From: Octopus sinensis
Lineage: Eukaryota
NCBI RefSeq assembly: GCF_006345805.1
Contig: NC_042998.1
Coordinates: 200,818,001-200,882,000, forward strand
Direction: 5' to 3'
Length of the DNA stretch: 64,000 bases
Below, piece after piece: positions 1-13,054 of this stretch (position 1 is its first letter; each line of letters begins with the position of its first letter). The translations under genes and the position numbers were made by a program. The notes below the pieces were generated by a model. It was not told where the DNA came from and ran no database searches. It worked only from the letters and a program-made list of their open reading frames with translations.

Positions 1-538
1 GTAGACACTCTGTTCTTTGCAATCAAACAACATCACATATAGGCTTGGAATAATTGATTTTCTAGTATCAAGCGGATGATAAGCGAGCACTGTAGACAAT
101 CAGAAAGGTTCGATGCGTACTAATTGCTCGATAGAATTCAAGAAGTATTGAATAATATGCACTAAATGCAGGGTAAAGTTATTGTTCTTAGAACATCATA
201 CATTAGATATATTGATAGAAATATATATATTTTTAAATTATTTATGATACGAGTAAGCCACTAGCTGTTGACCTTTCCCAAGGTCCCCGAGACACGTGGG
301 ATTTGTGACTTTTTAATTTTCACAGGATAACGTATATATTATGAGTGGATGAAGAAAGCAGTAACTTGGAGAAGCATATTGTCTTCTGACATATCTTCGA
401 GCTCATTGATGTATTGTGTGTAAATCCGTTAGACGGAACCTGTCGGAAGACCATCGTGAATGTTTGAATGTTTGTTTGTATATATATATATTAATGTGCG
501 CATGCATGTGTGTATAGACACCATAAATATTAATTCAT

Positions 539-960
539 TTGATTTCATTCAAAGTTGTCATTAACACGGTCTTCATTGAATGCTATAATGTCTTAGAAGA
601 TCTATACGCCAAAATTTTCCCTATTATATTTATGAATTATTGTAAACAAACTTCCTACGGCTCATCCGGGTTAGATTCGATGCGTGCTTTGGATTTAATT
701 TGGATCCTATCTGACGCTTAATATGTCAATTTTCAAAAATATAGAAATAAATATCAACTTCTTACTGAGCAATAACAGAGACCCTACGAGAGTCTCTGGT
801 CACATGCAGCCAAATCTCCGTTATCTTAAAATTTATTACTTAAAGATCGCAGTAATCGTCAGGACATTTAACATGTTCTGTGATTTCCAGAGCTGGGAAA
901 AGGGTATTTGGAACGATGAAATACGGTTTATTTAGGATAGATAAATAACAGTATTGTTTC
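539..960 (+). pseudogene. Possible decayed class C GPCR Venus-flytrap exon fragment
   Basis: Translation AKIFPIIF...ALDLIWILSDA* (698-721) resembles the mGluR motif FxWIGSDxW; it is followed by QPNLRYLKIYYL...FCDFQSWE...IRFI. By-eye similarity only. Confidence 0.3.
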
Positions 961-1133
961 AAGTTCAGTAGTATTGCCAAACTTGTTCAAAAAGTTAAGG
1001 CCGTTGCTGAATCTCCTAATAGTAATTCATACAAAGTTTTCTATTTTACTGATACGCATCATTTCACAATATAGTTGTGTGTATTAGTGTGTGTGTGCAT
1101 ATATACTTATGTGTATATGTATATATGTATATA

Positions 1134-1206
<73 letters not shown>

Positions 1207-1409
1207 AGCTATATATTAGAGATAAACCACTATTATGCAACTCAAACAGTGATAGACATAAACAATACGTAAATAACAAATAATATATACGTTCATAAAA
1301 TATATAACTTATAACTAGATGAGATCTAGTTATAGCGGTTTTATTTCTAATTTATATTTCATATATTTAGACTGTGAAATTTTCCCTGTAAGTTTGGAGT
1401 TATACTCCC

Positions 1410-1476
<67 letters not shown>
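1410..1476. repeat. (ATT)n microsatellite, 3' flank or tail of a Dong-like LINE; a second (ATT)n tract lies at about 1769-1860
   Basis: Directly visible triplet repeat. Confidence 0.95.
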
Positions 1477-1479
<3 letters not shown>

Positions 1480-1768
1480 TAGTTTTAACTTTATAGCGTG
1501 ATCACACTTCACGACCGAGCGCTGCTCGGTGTGCCTTCGGTATGTGCTGTGATTTGTTGTGATGCTCTGATGGTTACTCTATTGAAATTGTTTTGCGTAG
1601 GATGTGTGCAGTGCATAGTAGTGCAATTTTCTGTTTGTTATATGTGTTTGTAAGTCCTGGTGTTTGTGTTATGTAGTTGTCTGAATATTTTTTTATCATG
1701 CCTAATGCACCTACTATGATAGGAATTGTTTCTGTTTTTAGATTCCACATTCTAGTTACCTCTATATC
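1477..1768 (-). mobile_element. 5'-truncated RLE-type non-LTR retrotransposon (Dong/R4-like), C-terminus and 3' UTR
   Basis: Minus strand reads DIEVTRMWNLKTETIPIIVGALGMIKKYSDNYITQTPGLTNTYNKQKIALLCTAHILRKTISIE*, a typical RLE C-terminus; embedded in (AAT)n on both sides. Confidence 0.85.
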
Positions 1769-1787
1769 ATTATTATTATTATTATTA

Positions 1788-1853
<66 letters not shown>

Positions 1854-1877
1854 CATTATTATATATATATATATTAT

Positions 1878-1919
<42 letters not shown>

Positions 1920-2674
1920 TATGTGTACGGATATACGGGCACTCACAGAACCTGAATATGTTCATGGGTTTCGCAATGGGTGTGCATGTTTTTGTGCTTG
2001 TATGTTTGCAAATTACTTCATCCTCAAATTTCGGTGGATATGTATTATATGTATATAACTTAAAACTCGAAAAAATCTATATTATGGCTTTAACTTTCAA
2101 GTTCCTATTTCATGTGTGTAGTTTATATATTCCAGTTTTCTAGCGTAACGTTCTTCTCTTGTTATCTTTCTTTTTGCTATCGAACGTACCTCAATGTATT
2201 TCACGATTCAGCATTTTTTATTTCCCATAAATATTTTCAACGTTTTCATTGAATATGAAGAAGAATTTTTACAAATGTATAGGTTTTGTCGTCGGTTTTG
2301 TGTGAAACCATAGTGGTTTTTTCTTCTGACATATTGCAGAAACCAGTAACACGCAAAACTATTCATAACTCATTGAATAGAAAACCAGAGATTCTCCTTT
2401 ATGTAAAATGCTCCCCATATTTATACGACTTTGTAACAGAGATGGTTAAGTTTTTTATTATATTTCTCACTACAACATACACTACATCAAAACTACTTCT
2501 TATCAAAACCTGCCGTATGGGTAACCTGAGCAACAAATCATATACTATCGTCTCCATGAAGATTTGAATTATCTGCATAGAAATGTTGTGATGTGATATT
2601 TTCGCTTTGGTGCATATCACAAATAAGTATTATAAAAGTACAAACGATCATCAACAATGTTTCTCATGTAAATT

Positions 2675-2717
<43 letters not shown>

Positions 2718-2892
2718 TAGATAGAGAGTGAGGTGCTGAGGTGCAAGAACGAATATAGATGTGAGTTATATAGGGATATTGAAGTTGTAGATCCATTTTT
2801 TAGTCAGAATTGTATATATGTAAGATTCCAATGCCTTATAAGTAAAATCCAACAGAATTGACCCTACTAATACACTCCCTATTTTTAGGTCA

Positions 2893-3290
2893 TCTTTATA
2901 CATAAAAGTGAATTTGCGTGTCTGTCTCCTACGATTTAGATTCCTAACTACTCCCACATTTTGCGGTGAAGTTTAACCAAAACCGGGTATCTTATAGTCG
3001 TGATTCATATCGAGCCCTTCTGGGTATTAGCGCGCGTCTACGATGAGTCTACGACTAAAAAGATAAATATCATCATTGTTTTCCATTTTAAGGCATTTTA
3101 TTCGCTATTATATAAGGGAAGTAACTCTCTAAAATGTCTTCGATGAGTTAACGATTTTTAAAAAAATTACCATCATTTTCTTTTCCATTTTAAATGCATT
3201 TTGTTTGCTATTTTTTGGCTATAACTCTCTAAAAATGCTTATATAGTTATTTCCCTTACAAACCCGAGGAACGCCGGGCGATACTGCTAG
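2893..3290 (+). mobile_element. Non-autonomous Helitron, copy 1
   Basis: A|TC 5' end (tctttatacataaaagtg), 3' hairpin cccg..cggg then CTAG|T, no TSD; homologous to 20363-20661 and 61085-61597. Confidence 0.8.
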
Positions 3291-3606
3291 TTTTAAATAA
3301 AAACATTTGACTCTACAAAACTGTGTATAAATTCTGTACTTGGAATGACCAAGTTTAAATACTGTTGGATCTCACTCATAAGGTATTGCAATCTTACATT
3401 GTGTATAAACCGCTTATTTGAAAGGACCTATTTATAAATTCTGTTGGATATAAGGTATTGGAATCTTACATATATACCATTCTACCTAAAAAATCGAGCT
3501 ACAACTTCAATATCCCTACATATCTAACATCTATTTTCTTTCCTCCACCTCACTCTCTATTTTGTATGCTATCTAAACTAACTACTACTTAACCATCCTC
3601 TCACAC

Positions 3607-3660
3607 CGTGTCTGATGAAGGAATATAACAAATAAATATTCTAGAAACAGCAGTAAGACG
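3607..3660 (+). ncRNA. Type I hammerhead ribozyme motif
   Basis: cgtgt-CTGATGA-a-ggaatat/atattct (stem II)-a-GAAAC-agca-GTA-agacg; stem I has one mismatch. Confidence 0.6.
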
Positions 3661-3730
3661 TTCTATCTATAAATATTGTAATATCTACACAGTCTTGGTT
3701 CTTTTTTAACGCATTACGCAAAAAATTCTT

Positions 3731-3814
<84 letters not shown>

Positions 3815-3840
3815 GAAGGTTGGAGATGATGTACAGGTAT

Positions 3841-4092
3841 TATATATTAGAAAAATTGAGGTAATCAGATCAGATGGTTCATATTTGTAGATATTTATTT
3901 ATATATTACATTTTTTACATATATATCATATCATTCGGATTAGAGCTTGCTCCCATTCTAGTGGGTTTTCAAATTTGAAAACCCACTAGAATGGGAGCAA
4001 GCGCTAATCCGAATGATATGATATATATGTAAAAAATGTAATATATAAATAAATATCTACAAATATGAACCATCTGATCTGATTACCTCAAT

Positions 4093-4106
<14 letters not shown>
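3841..4106. repeat. Spacer-less palindrome with 133-bp arms
   Basis: Centre ttttcaaa|tttgaaaa at 3973/3974; one mismatch seen (gattagagctt vs aagcgctaatc). Confidence 0.95.
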
Positions 4107-4166
<60 letters not shown>

Positions 4167-6925
4167 CACACACACATATATATATACATATATTACTTGC
4201 TAATTGTGTAACTAAAAATCAATCGCTTAAACGTAGGTTAACGGTGGTTTATGCTTCAATACCGTTTCAATTATTATTTGGGTATGCTACATTATCACAG
4301 TTTCGTTTTCTGTTTGGAAATTAGAAGTTATTTCTGTACTTTTGAAATAAATTCATAGTAAACAATAGACTGTTCTGTCTCTCAGCTGTTAAATATAGAA
4401 GCCTAAATATAGTAGCCTCTGAACACCGCCTACCTTCCCTTAAGATGCAAATCTCAATGACTAGATATTACTATATAAGTTTTATCTAATATATATTTCT
4501 ACAATAGAAAGATTAATAATTTGATACCCTTACGATAATAGATTTATGTCAAATGTACAAATATTGATTACTACATTTAGTGGCTGTGATTTGAATGAAA
4601 CATTTTCAAATTAATAATCGTTTTTCACACTGCATGGAAAATATCCTTCCATGTATTGATGGGTAATTTGATGGCAGAATATACTCATAATTTGAATGTA
4701 AAATAAGATAGCCTATTTGATTTCATTTCTCAGAAAAATTCTTTACCAAAGTGGTAATCAGATGATATCGGAAGAAAGGAACTATATTATGCCAACTGGC
4801 AGTCGAAATTAATATCGCGCAAACTGTAACCAATACTTCTTCACATCCGTCCAACTAACTGAAAATAGTGTGAAATATCTCGTAAATTAAAATCTATAGT
4901 TTTTGATATTATTAAAATTATTCTCCATAACAACATCTGAAATGACGAGCCTGTCACTGCTTGAACGTTCTTGATTATATTTTTACTGACGTGGGCCTAA
5001 AGAAGATGGACAATATCGTTGCAGAGATTGAGTGTATAAAAGGATTACAACACATGCATGTCTCTGGCACACATAACTATTAAATATTGAATATCAAATA
5101 TTGTCTGTCTATAATTAATATTCCATTTGCGTCACAAATGTATGAAACTATAATTAACATAGTCAGTGTGAATATGCGAACAATCCGCATTTTTATATTT
5201 ACTCATTTATAATTTTTTTTTTTTGCATTTCATTAGTGCTGATATTGACGGCTTAATATTTAATTACATTGTGCCTATTGTTCTTATTTTAATTGCTTCT
5301 GTTAATGTCCTTTGTTGAGTTTAAATTTAATGAGATTTCTTCCCCGATGATGTAGCACTTTAAATAATATTGGCCATGATGTTATTTTTTCCAACCCTTT
5401 ATTCAGAACCTAATTTCCACTGGTTTGAATATCAATTAATGAATGCTGGTTATAACTTGGATCATTTATGTGATTTTATTTTCTCGAGATGTAATAATTG
5501 TTATTACAGTTAATAATAGCATCAACTACTATTACATCTACCGTTATTTTACGTGCCAACATTGATACCTTTGCCCTGTGACAGACATATTAATCTTTTT
5601 TAATTCACATGCAGGTAATTTATAGCTATATTATACACACGTTCCTTATATTTAAAACGGTATTTGAGGAAATTATTTTCGTATTTTAACTGTAGCAAAT
5701 AAATTCCCACCGACGTCGTTAAAATTGCCATGAATCTACTAAGGATAAACGTGGGTCTAATGTACGAAAACAACGTAGGAAGCTGAAAAACTATAATGGT
5801 AAAAGTAATGGATATCACAAAGAGAAATTATAATTATTACACTATTTTGAAAATAAATATTCGTATTTATATGAGGGAAAAGTCCATTATATGATGTTCA
5901 AATGTCAATTGCAGGCATGTAAATTTTACTGAAGTTTTGACCACTTGTATATCGCTGAAGACTCACATGTGTTATGACTAGCATAGGAATACATTTTACA
6001 AAGAGAGGAACAAGTGTTATTCGAGTAATCTCCATTCCCTTACGTGTATACATTTCATGAAACGGAATGAATGTGAAAGTACATTATCAACATTAGTGAG
6101 TTGACTAAAAATACTAAACAACCTGTGTATATTTATCAAGTGGACTGGGAAATGAATGTGCGTGCATATAAAATCGAGCTCTTGTATGCGAATTAATTAG
6201 CTCCAATTCATGTTTATTCCTCCTTACCTTTCTACTTTGAAGGTGAATAATTTCACCACACTATTATTACCTAGGGAGCAAGGCAAATTACCAGGTACCT
6301 ACTTACATGAAGCAATGTTTGAGTAAATGCCTGCATTATTAACCCGATGTAATAAGATTACGACAGAGTTCTTTGAAAGTCGACCGTGTTAAAAATGTCA
6401 CAGAATTGGAACAATTTTAAAACTCTAGCCATTTTATTCTTAATAGGGATGTGGCGAATCATTTTGTTGTACATGCTAATGCATAAGACAGTTTACCTGA
6501 TTATTACGGTTCTAATTATGGTAGGTATTGATAGAAGCAATCGTTATTGAAAATAGTAAAAAATTATACTATTAATCGGCAATTATTTTATGATGGATAT
6601 TATTCTTACATTTTAGGTACTTTTTATTGAGTATCACTATAGCTTGCTGGAATTTTTGTTGTTGCTTATCAATACCTCATTCATAAGCAAACAGAAAAAG
6701 GCACCGCAGCTGTCCCTAATCCAGTAAATTTTGTTCTGAAGATATTTGGCATCACATTTCCCAAATATAACTTGAATAGCAAAATGCTGAAGCGGTTGAT
6801 CTAATTGAAATTCTGCTGGTTTTAGACTCCACCAGAAAATAGAAACAAGTACAATTGTTTTACATACTAACATTGCAGGAGTGAGCTGAAATTGAATCTA
6901 CATTGATATATATATATACATACAT

Positions 6926-6961
<36 letters not shown>

Positions 6962-6962
6962 G

Positions 6963-7042
<80 letters not shown>

Positions 7043-7075
7043 CATGTATGTATGTATGTATATATATATATATAA

Positions 7076-7183
7076 GGCGCAGGAATGGCTGTGTAGTAGG
7101 TAGCTAGCGTACCAACCACATAGTTGCGGGTTCAGTCCCACTTGCGAGTGAATTTTGTAGACGGAAACGGAAAGAATCCCGTC
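7076..7183 (+). mobile_element. tRNA-derived SINE 5' portion, internally deleted
   Basis: ggcgcaggaatggctgtgtagtagg (A box) ... gggttcagtccc (B-box-like) ... agacggaaacggaaagaatcccgtc; same family as 26083-26240 and 32163-32222. Confidence 0.75.
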
Positions 7184-7250
7184 ATATATATATGTATACA
7201 TATATATATATATAATATATATAATATATATATATATATATGTATATAAT

Positions 7251-7283
<33 letters not shown>

Positions 7284-8589
7284 ATGCATGTATATATCAA
7301 AGTGCTCTTTATGAGTATTGTCTCCAAAGAAAGATAGCTGTATCTTACATATATGCAATGAATAAAATATAATCTAAATTATCCACGACCCATTCAGGAA
7401 ATGGGCTGCTGCGTAACAAATTAGTTAGCAGTTGATTAGTCAAGGCATTAGTTACATGCATATCTTTGTATATTTGTGAACATATCATTGCGTGTTTATA
7501 TGATACTTTATTTATTGCTATTAAGACTACAATGAATTGCTTCTTTTAGATTTTTAAAAATTCAATTTTAAATCTCCTGGTTAAGTCAAATATCATAAAC
7601 TACACGATTATCTGTGGTTTGATTTTTATGTGGTCTTCTTTCAGCCGCGGTTCAACTTGGTGTTGTTTTCATATATATGTCCCTCATTAATTTGTGGATC
7701 TGCAGGGTGAAGAATGTTGTTCTATGGTGTTTAAAGACTTTCTAGAATGTAGAACATTGTTAAACATCAAATAGTTAGAGGATAATAAAATTTAATTATA
7801 TTTCAAGATATTTATTGTCAGTTGAATAATTACAATTAGGTCAAATACCTGATAACCTACCTGAAAAAGATGAAATGAGAAGAATGATAATAGTGGGAGA
7901 GAGTTTCAGAAGTAATAACAATATCCGTATCGTTACCAGGGAATTTGCTGGAGCAGTGTGTGTTAGCATTAGTAATATAAAAGAAAGAAACATACAGAGT
8001 AAAAGGAAAAATGAAAAAAAAATAATAATATAATTCAAAATTCCATGGAAAGAAGATGGTGAGTGGTATATTGGAATATATAATTAAAAATGCCTAGGAA
8101 ATAACGCAGACCCAGATATATACTTTAAGAAATAATCAAAATAACATGATGGTGGACAGAATATTTAACCAGAACAAGAGATGAAAGAAAAGAATCACAG
8201 AATATATTCCTCAACATAGTTTAGAGAGGAGAAAACCTAAATGGAGCAGTAATGAGAATAGCGAAGAACGCATAAAACAATAAAGTGGTGTATGAGAAAA
8301 GTTTAACCGAAATTGGCAATGAAGAGGAAGTGGTGGAAGAGGCTTAAAGTAAACTGCAATGTCTCAAGAGAAAGAAACAAAATTATTGTCGAAGGCTGAA
8401 AAAAGTGTATTTCTAATATAAACCCACACCTTTTAATTTCTGCTTAGAATACTGATGTTGAAAGATATAGACATATAAAATAATTTGGTCTTCGATAAAA
8501 AATATTTATTAAGCTACTACACAGAAAACGAAATTCCATACGTTTATTGTAGAGAAATGTTTCGTAAATGAAGGGAATTATCTTCCGAA

Positions 8590-9468
8590 ACCTTAATTTC
8601 ACGCATTATTAGATGCATTCCGCCAGTAAATACACCGGCGAACAAATTCTTAAATTTTTTCGGTAGATTCCCAGACACAACTGAACAATCAAGACTCACT
8701 CTGTTTACTCTCTTTGTCTGACCTTACATCTTCAGCAGATCGAAAATTATACAATGCTGCTGTAGCTACCCTTGATCGCATTTCCATTAAGCAGCTGAAC
8801 GAATCTTTAGCAGATGTCAATTGTAGTCTAATGAAAATAAAGTACTTTATATTCGCAAATCTGAGCCTCTTTGCGAAACTGCACATTTCGGGCTCTAATT
8901 GATGCATGTTGAGAGAAAAGTATTCATTTATTTTTGAGATAACTTATAGCAAAATGCTTCCAAAAATGTGAGAACACTTCATTGGAAGGATATGGAGAAG
9001 ACAGCAGCCGAATGTGTCCTGTAGAAGTTGCTGCGAGAGTTGTAGACAGATTAAAATCCTTCGCGAATAGTGTAACTCAGAAATATAGTTTAGCTTTTTG
9101 AACAAAGGGGAAAAAGTAATCCTTGTGAACAAATTTGCGTATAAATGAGTGTACATTTTTATGTACATTCATTTTTTCGGAAAATAATGTTTGTATAATT
9201 TCGAGCAACTTCACGAGTACATCGGTAACAATCATTTAAAGCATAAGCATCTCTAGCCATAACTATAGTAACACAAAAATGAAGCGAATTTGGAAAAGCT
9301 ATTCCCATCTTAGTAACATAATGATACTTCGCTTATTTCGAGTGTACAGTCAAATAATACGAATCTCAGAATGATTATCTCACTCTCAACTGCTCATCAA
9401 TGCTTTGATATTACCTTCTTGATATGACTACGTTTATATCTTTCTTTTTATTATTATTATTATTATTA

Positions 9469-9535
<67 letters not shown>

Positions 9536-10340
9536 TAGTTTTATTTTTATAGCGTGCTTTCACTTCACTACCGAGCGCAGCTCTGTGTGCCTTGGGTATG
9601 TGCTGTGATTTGTTGTGATGTGAGAACAATTAGTAAAAACTCTTCCCATTCTTGTATGCTAGGAAATTTTACTTTATAAAGAAGTAGAATAAATGTATAG
9701 TTTATGATAATATTATTGCCATCAGTGTCTTTAGCAAACATAGCAGTAATAAACAGCAGTAGAAAACCACGCCTGTTTATGGAGTATTTACTTACGATAA
9801 ATCGTTACTGCCTTAAAGAAGCTTCTCCAATTTCTAATATCGAAGATCTTATGGATTCTGTTTCCTACAGTATATTTGACAGCAACAGAGATCTGAATGT
9901 AGTAAAAACCAATTTTCTCTACAGTATAACTATAAGAAATACACAGTATTTCAAGAAGATGAATGATTGTTCTAGGATTTTATATGGCTACCTAATGCCA
10001 TACTTACTTTTCATAGTGTAGTGGATGATATGATTACCAACAAAATTATTAAAGGTGCACATATTTATATTAAAAATGAAATACTAGATGGGATTTAGGA
10101 CTTTGTATTTATGTTACAGTGACGTATCATTATAAGGAAAGGAATAAATGACTTTCAGTTGATTAGAAATGCAATATCATTGAGTGGTTTGTTATTAATT
10201 TTACAGAGTCCATCATCGCTCTATATACAGCAGATATATACGTAGCTGTAAACTAGAGTATCTGGGGATGTTAAACAAGTGCCGAGTGGCAGTATCTCTT
10301 ATAGGATTGACATTACTAGTAACAAAATTACCGATCCCTA
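8590..10340 (+). pseudogene. Possible decayed class C GPCR Venus-flytrap region
   Basis: IIRCIPPVNTPANKFLNFF; LHWK..YGEDS; NSSRKPRLFMEYLLTINRYCL (cf. NNRRNPWFxEFWxxxFxC); SDVSL*GKE*MTFS (cf. NVxFxGxxGxxVxF). Many stops and frameshifts; by-eye only. Confidence 0.25.
9533..9620 (-). mobile_element. Dong/R4-like LINE 3' UTR fragment with (AAT)n tail (about 9449-9532)
   Basis: Close match to 1477-1565 (cagtagtttt..atagcgtg..cacttcac..ccgagcgc..gtatgtgctgtgatttgttgtgatg). Confidence 0.8.
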
Positions 10341-10957
10341 TTTGTTTCAGGTAAAGTCTATAAAACTTAGGCTAAATTGAATTAAACTTTAACTTAATCG
10401 GACATTTGATGCTATGTTACTTGTAGTATTTGCAAAATATCGTTTTCGTTTAACGATTCGATATTTTCTGTATAAATGCCTTCCAGGAAGGAATAAATAT
10501 ACTGTAACATGAAGAGAAAAGGTTATTGCAGAGAGCGAGATGGCCAATAAAGCGAAACAAAAGTAATTTGTGTTCCAATGAATCCTGCAGGACACTGAAT
10601 CAAATATACTGAAGTAATGCAAAATGGAAAGAGATTTGATACATATGAATGTTTAAAAGAACGTCAATAAGAAAGCAAAGTTGCTAAATTTGTACACAGA
10701 ATCAGCAACAGATTAAAAAGTATATAACTCTAAACCATCCTCATCTAAACGCAAGAGACATCAACGAATTGCTGATGATAAGGTGAATGCGGAATGGATT
10801 CCAAAACTTCAGAAGAGATCAAGAGAGCACAAAAGCGTCATAATTTTCAAGAAGGCAATGCACAATTGTTTCACCAAAATGCAATGAGAAGCCGGCAGAA
10901 GGAAAGCTATAGGCTATTATGAAAAGGTGTTAGAAAAACGTCCTTCTTAATGTTGAC

Positions 10958-11463
10958 ATAACTGGTACTTATTTAATCGACCCCGAAAGGATGAAAGGCA
11001 AAGTCGACCCCGGTAGCATTTGAAACCAGAACGTAGCGGCAGACGAAATACCTATTTATTTATTACCCACAAGGGGATAAACATAAAGGGGACAAACAAG
11101 GACAGACATAGGTATTAAGTCAATTACATCATAACCAGTGCATAACTGGTACTTAATTTATCGAGCCCGAAAGGATGAAAGGCAAAGTCGACCTCGGTGG
11201 AATTTGAACTCACAACGTAACGGCAGACGAAATACCTATTTCTTTACTACCCACAAGGGACTACACACAGAGGGGACAATCAAGGACAGACAAACGGATT
11301 AAATCGATTATATCGACCCCAGTGCGTAACTGGTACTTAATTTATCGACCCCGAAAGGATGAACGGCAAAGTCGACCTCGGTGGAATCTGAACTCAGAAC
11401 GTAGCAACATACGAAATACCGCTAAGCATTTCGCCCGGCGTGCTAACGTTTCTGCCAGCTCGC
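10958..11463 (-). mobile_element. tRNA-derived SINE with tandemly repeated body units (Meta/MESC-like central domain)
   Basis: Head ggcgagctggcagaaacgttagc, B box gttcagattcc, repeated ggtcgactttgcctttcatcctttcggggtcgataaattaagtaccag. The domain name is recalled, not searched. Confidence 0.8.
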
Positions 11464-11465
11464 CG

Positions 11466-11504
11466 CTTCTTCTTCTCTTCTTCTTCTTCTTTCTTCTTCT
11501 TCTT

Positions 11505-11535
<31 letters not shown>

Positions 11536-11573
11536 TTATTATTATTATTATATTATTATTATTATTATTATTA

Positions 11574-11608
<35 letters not shown>
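11466..11608. repeat. Compound (CTT)n(ATT)n microsatellite
   Basis: Directly visible. Confidence 0.95.
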
Positions 11609-11609
<1 letters not shown>

Positions 11610-11885
11610 CCTTTCAGGGTCGATTAAAAAAGTACCACTTACGCACCGGGGTCGATATAATCGACTTCATCCGTTTGTCCTTCCTTGTTTGTTCTCTGTG
11701 TTTAGCCACTTGTAGGGTAGTAAAGAAATAATATATTTCGTCTGTCTTTACGTTCTGAATTCAAATTCTGTGGAGGTCGACTTTGCCTTTCATCCTTTCG
11801 TGATCGATAAATTAAGCACCAGTTATGTAATGGAATCGATCTAAGCGACTGACCCCCTCCCCTAAAATTTCAGGCATGGTGCCTA
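11609..11885 (+). mobile_element. Headless copy of the same Meta-like SINE in opposite orientation
   Basis: ggggtcgatataatcgac...gaggtcgactttgcctttcatcctttcg units. Confidence 0.75.
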
Positions 11886-12126
11886 GATTAGAAGGGATTA
11901 TATAAGCTACTGGTGGAGATTACGTAATACATGTTGCTTTGGCATCAATTCCTTCACATAAAATACGCTCTGTGATCCTCTTGGCGTTTATATAATTGTT
12001 AAGAGTGGAGAATATCAGTAAGCTCATATCTCTTCCATGGTATTTAGAAATATTCTACATTGCCGAATGAGTATATGTAGCTCAAACAATACTTTATTCG
12101 TATTGCCATGGCAAACGGACTTCTAA

Positions 12127-12332
12127 TACACACATATATATACATACCAGCACACAGTCGCAGAGAAACACAAACGCGCACACACATATACATACACACA
12201 AATGTGCCCACACACACGCTCACATATAATTGTGAGTGTGTATGTGTGTGGTGTACGTATATATATATATATATATATATATACCATTAAAATATACGAA
12301 CACCACACACATACACACTGTGTGTGGTGTAC

Positions 12333-12367
<35 letters not shown>

Positions 12368-12500
12368 ATTAAAATATACGTACACACACACACTCACACA
12401 CTCACAATGTGAGTGGGTGTGTGGGAACGTTTGCGTGTATGTATATGTGTGTGCGCGTTCCTGTTTCTCTGCGACTGTGTGCTGGTATGTGTGCGTGTAT
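12127..12500. repeat. Diverged inverted repeat enclosing a direct duplication
   Basis: cataccagcacacagtcgcagagaaac (left) vs gtttctctgcgactgtgtgctggtatg (right); inner duplicate tgtgtggtgtacg(TA)n-ccattaaaatatacg at about 12243-12298 and 12319-12380. Confidence 0.85.
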
Positions 12501-12750
12501 TTTTGTGTGCGTTGTCGTTCATTAAAGTGTATGAAAATTTGAATGCTAAACAATGACACATTGCAAACATATCATTCAATATTAATGATCATTGTGCGAT
12601 GAAAGATTACCGGAAGAAAGGTTGAACAATGGAATAAAGTAAACAAAACAATCGTTGGTAGGTTTGTGTATATATAATTGCGTATAGTTTGCCGCGACAA
12701 TAGATGGTCGAAAATGGGTGAATGATGCTACGTTTTAAAACATATATGAG

Positions 12751-12802
<52 letters not shown>

Positions 12803-12894
12803 CAGAGAGAGAGAGGGGGGAGAGTGTACATATGTGCATACAATACACACATATATATATATTGGTTCGTGTAGAATGTGTGTATGCATATATA

Positions 12895-12960
12895 TATACT
12901 CTTTTACTCTTTACTTTTTTACTTGTTTCAGTCATTTGACTGTGGCCAGGCTGAAGCGCT
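12895..12960 (-). mobile_element. SINE 3' tail fragment ending in (gagtaaa)-type repeats
   Basis: ttactttttacttgtttcagtcatttgactgtggcc; same tail as at 23280-23330, about 25770 and about 31655. Confidence 0.65.

Positions 12961-13054
<94 letters not shown>

Larger units (their letters stand above)
2711..3730 (+). mobile_element. Non-coding Penelope-like remnant: inverted partial arm (2711-2891) plus direct copy (3425-3582) followed by an HHR; interrupted by a Helitron
   Basis: 2711-2891 is a diverged reverse complement of 3425-3582; HHR at 3607-3660; (TA)n on both flanks. Confidence 0.55.

Noticed and set aside
340-470. Very diverged SINE body
   Set aside because: Only short similarity (tagacggaacctgtcggaagacc), not enough to delimit an element.
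1960-2620. Possible retroelement RT fragment on the minus strand
   Set aside because: No recognisable RT motif could be recovered in any frame.
10958-11463. CRISPR-like regularly spaced repeats
   Set aside because: The spacers are themselves repeated, the context is eukaryotic, and there are no cas genes; these are SINE body multimers.
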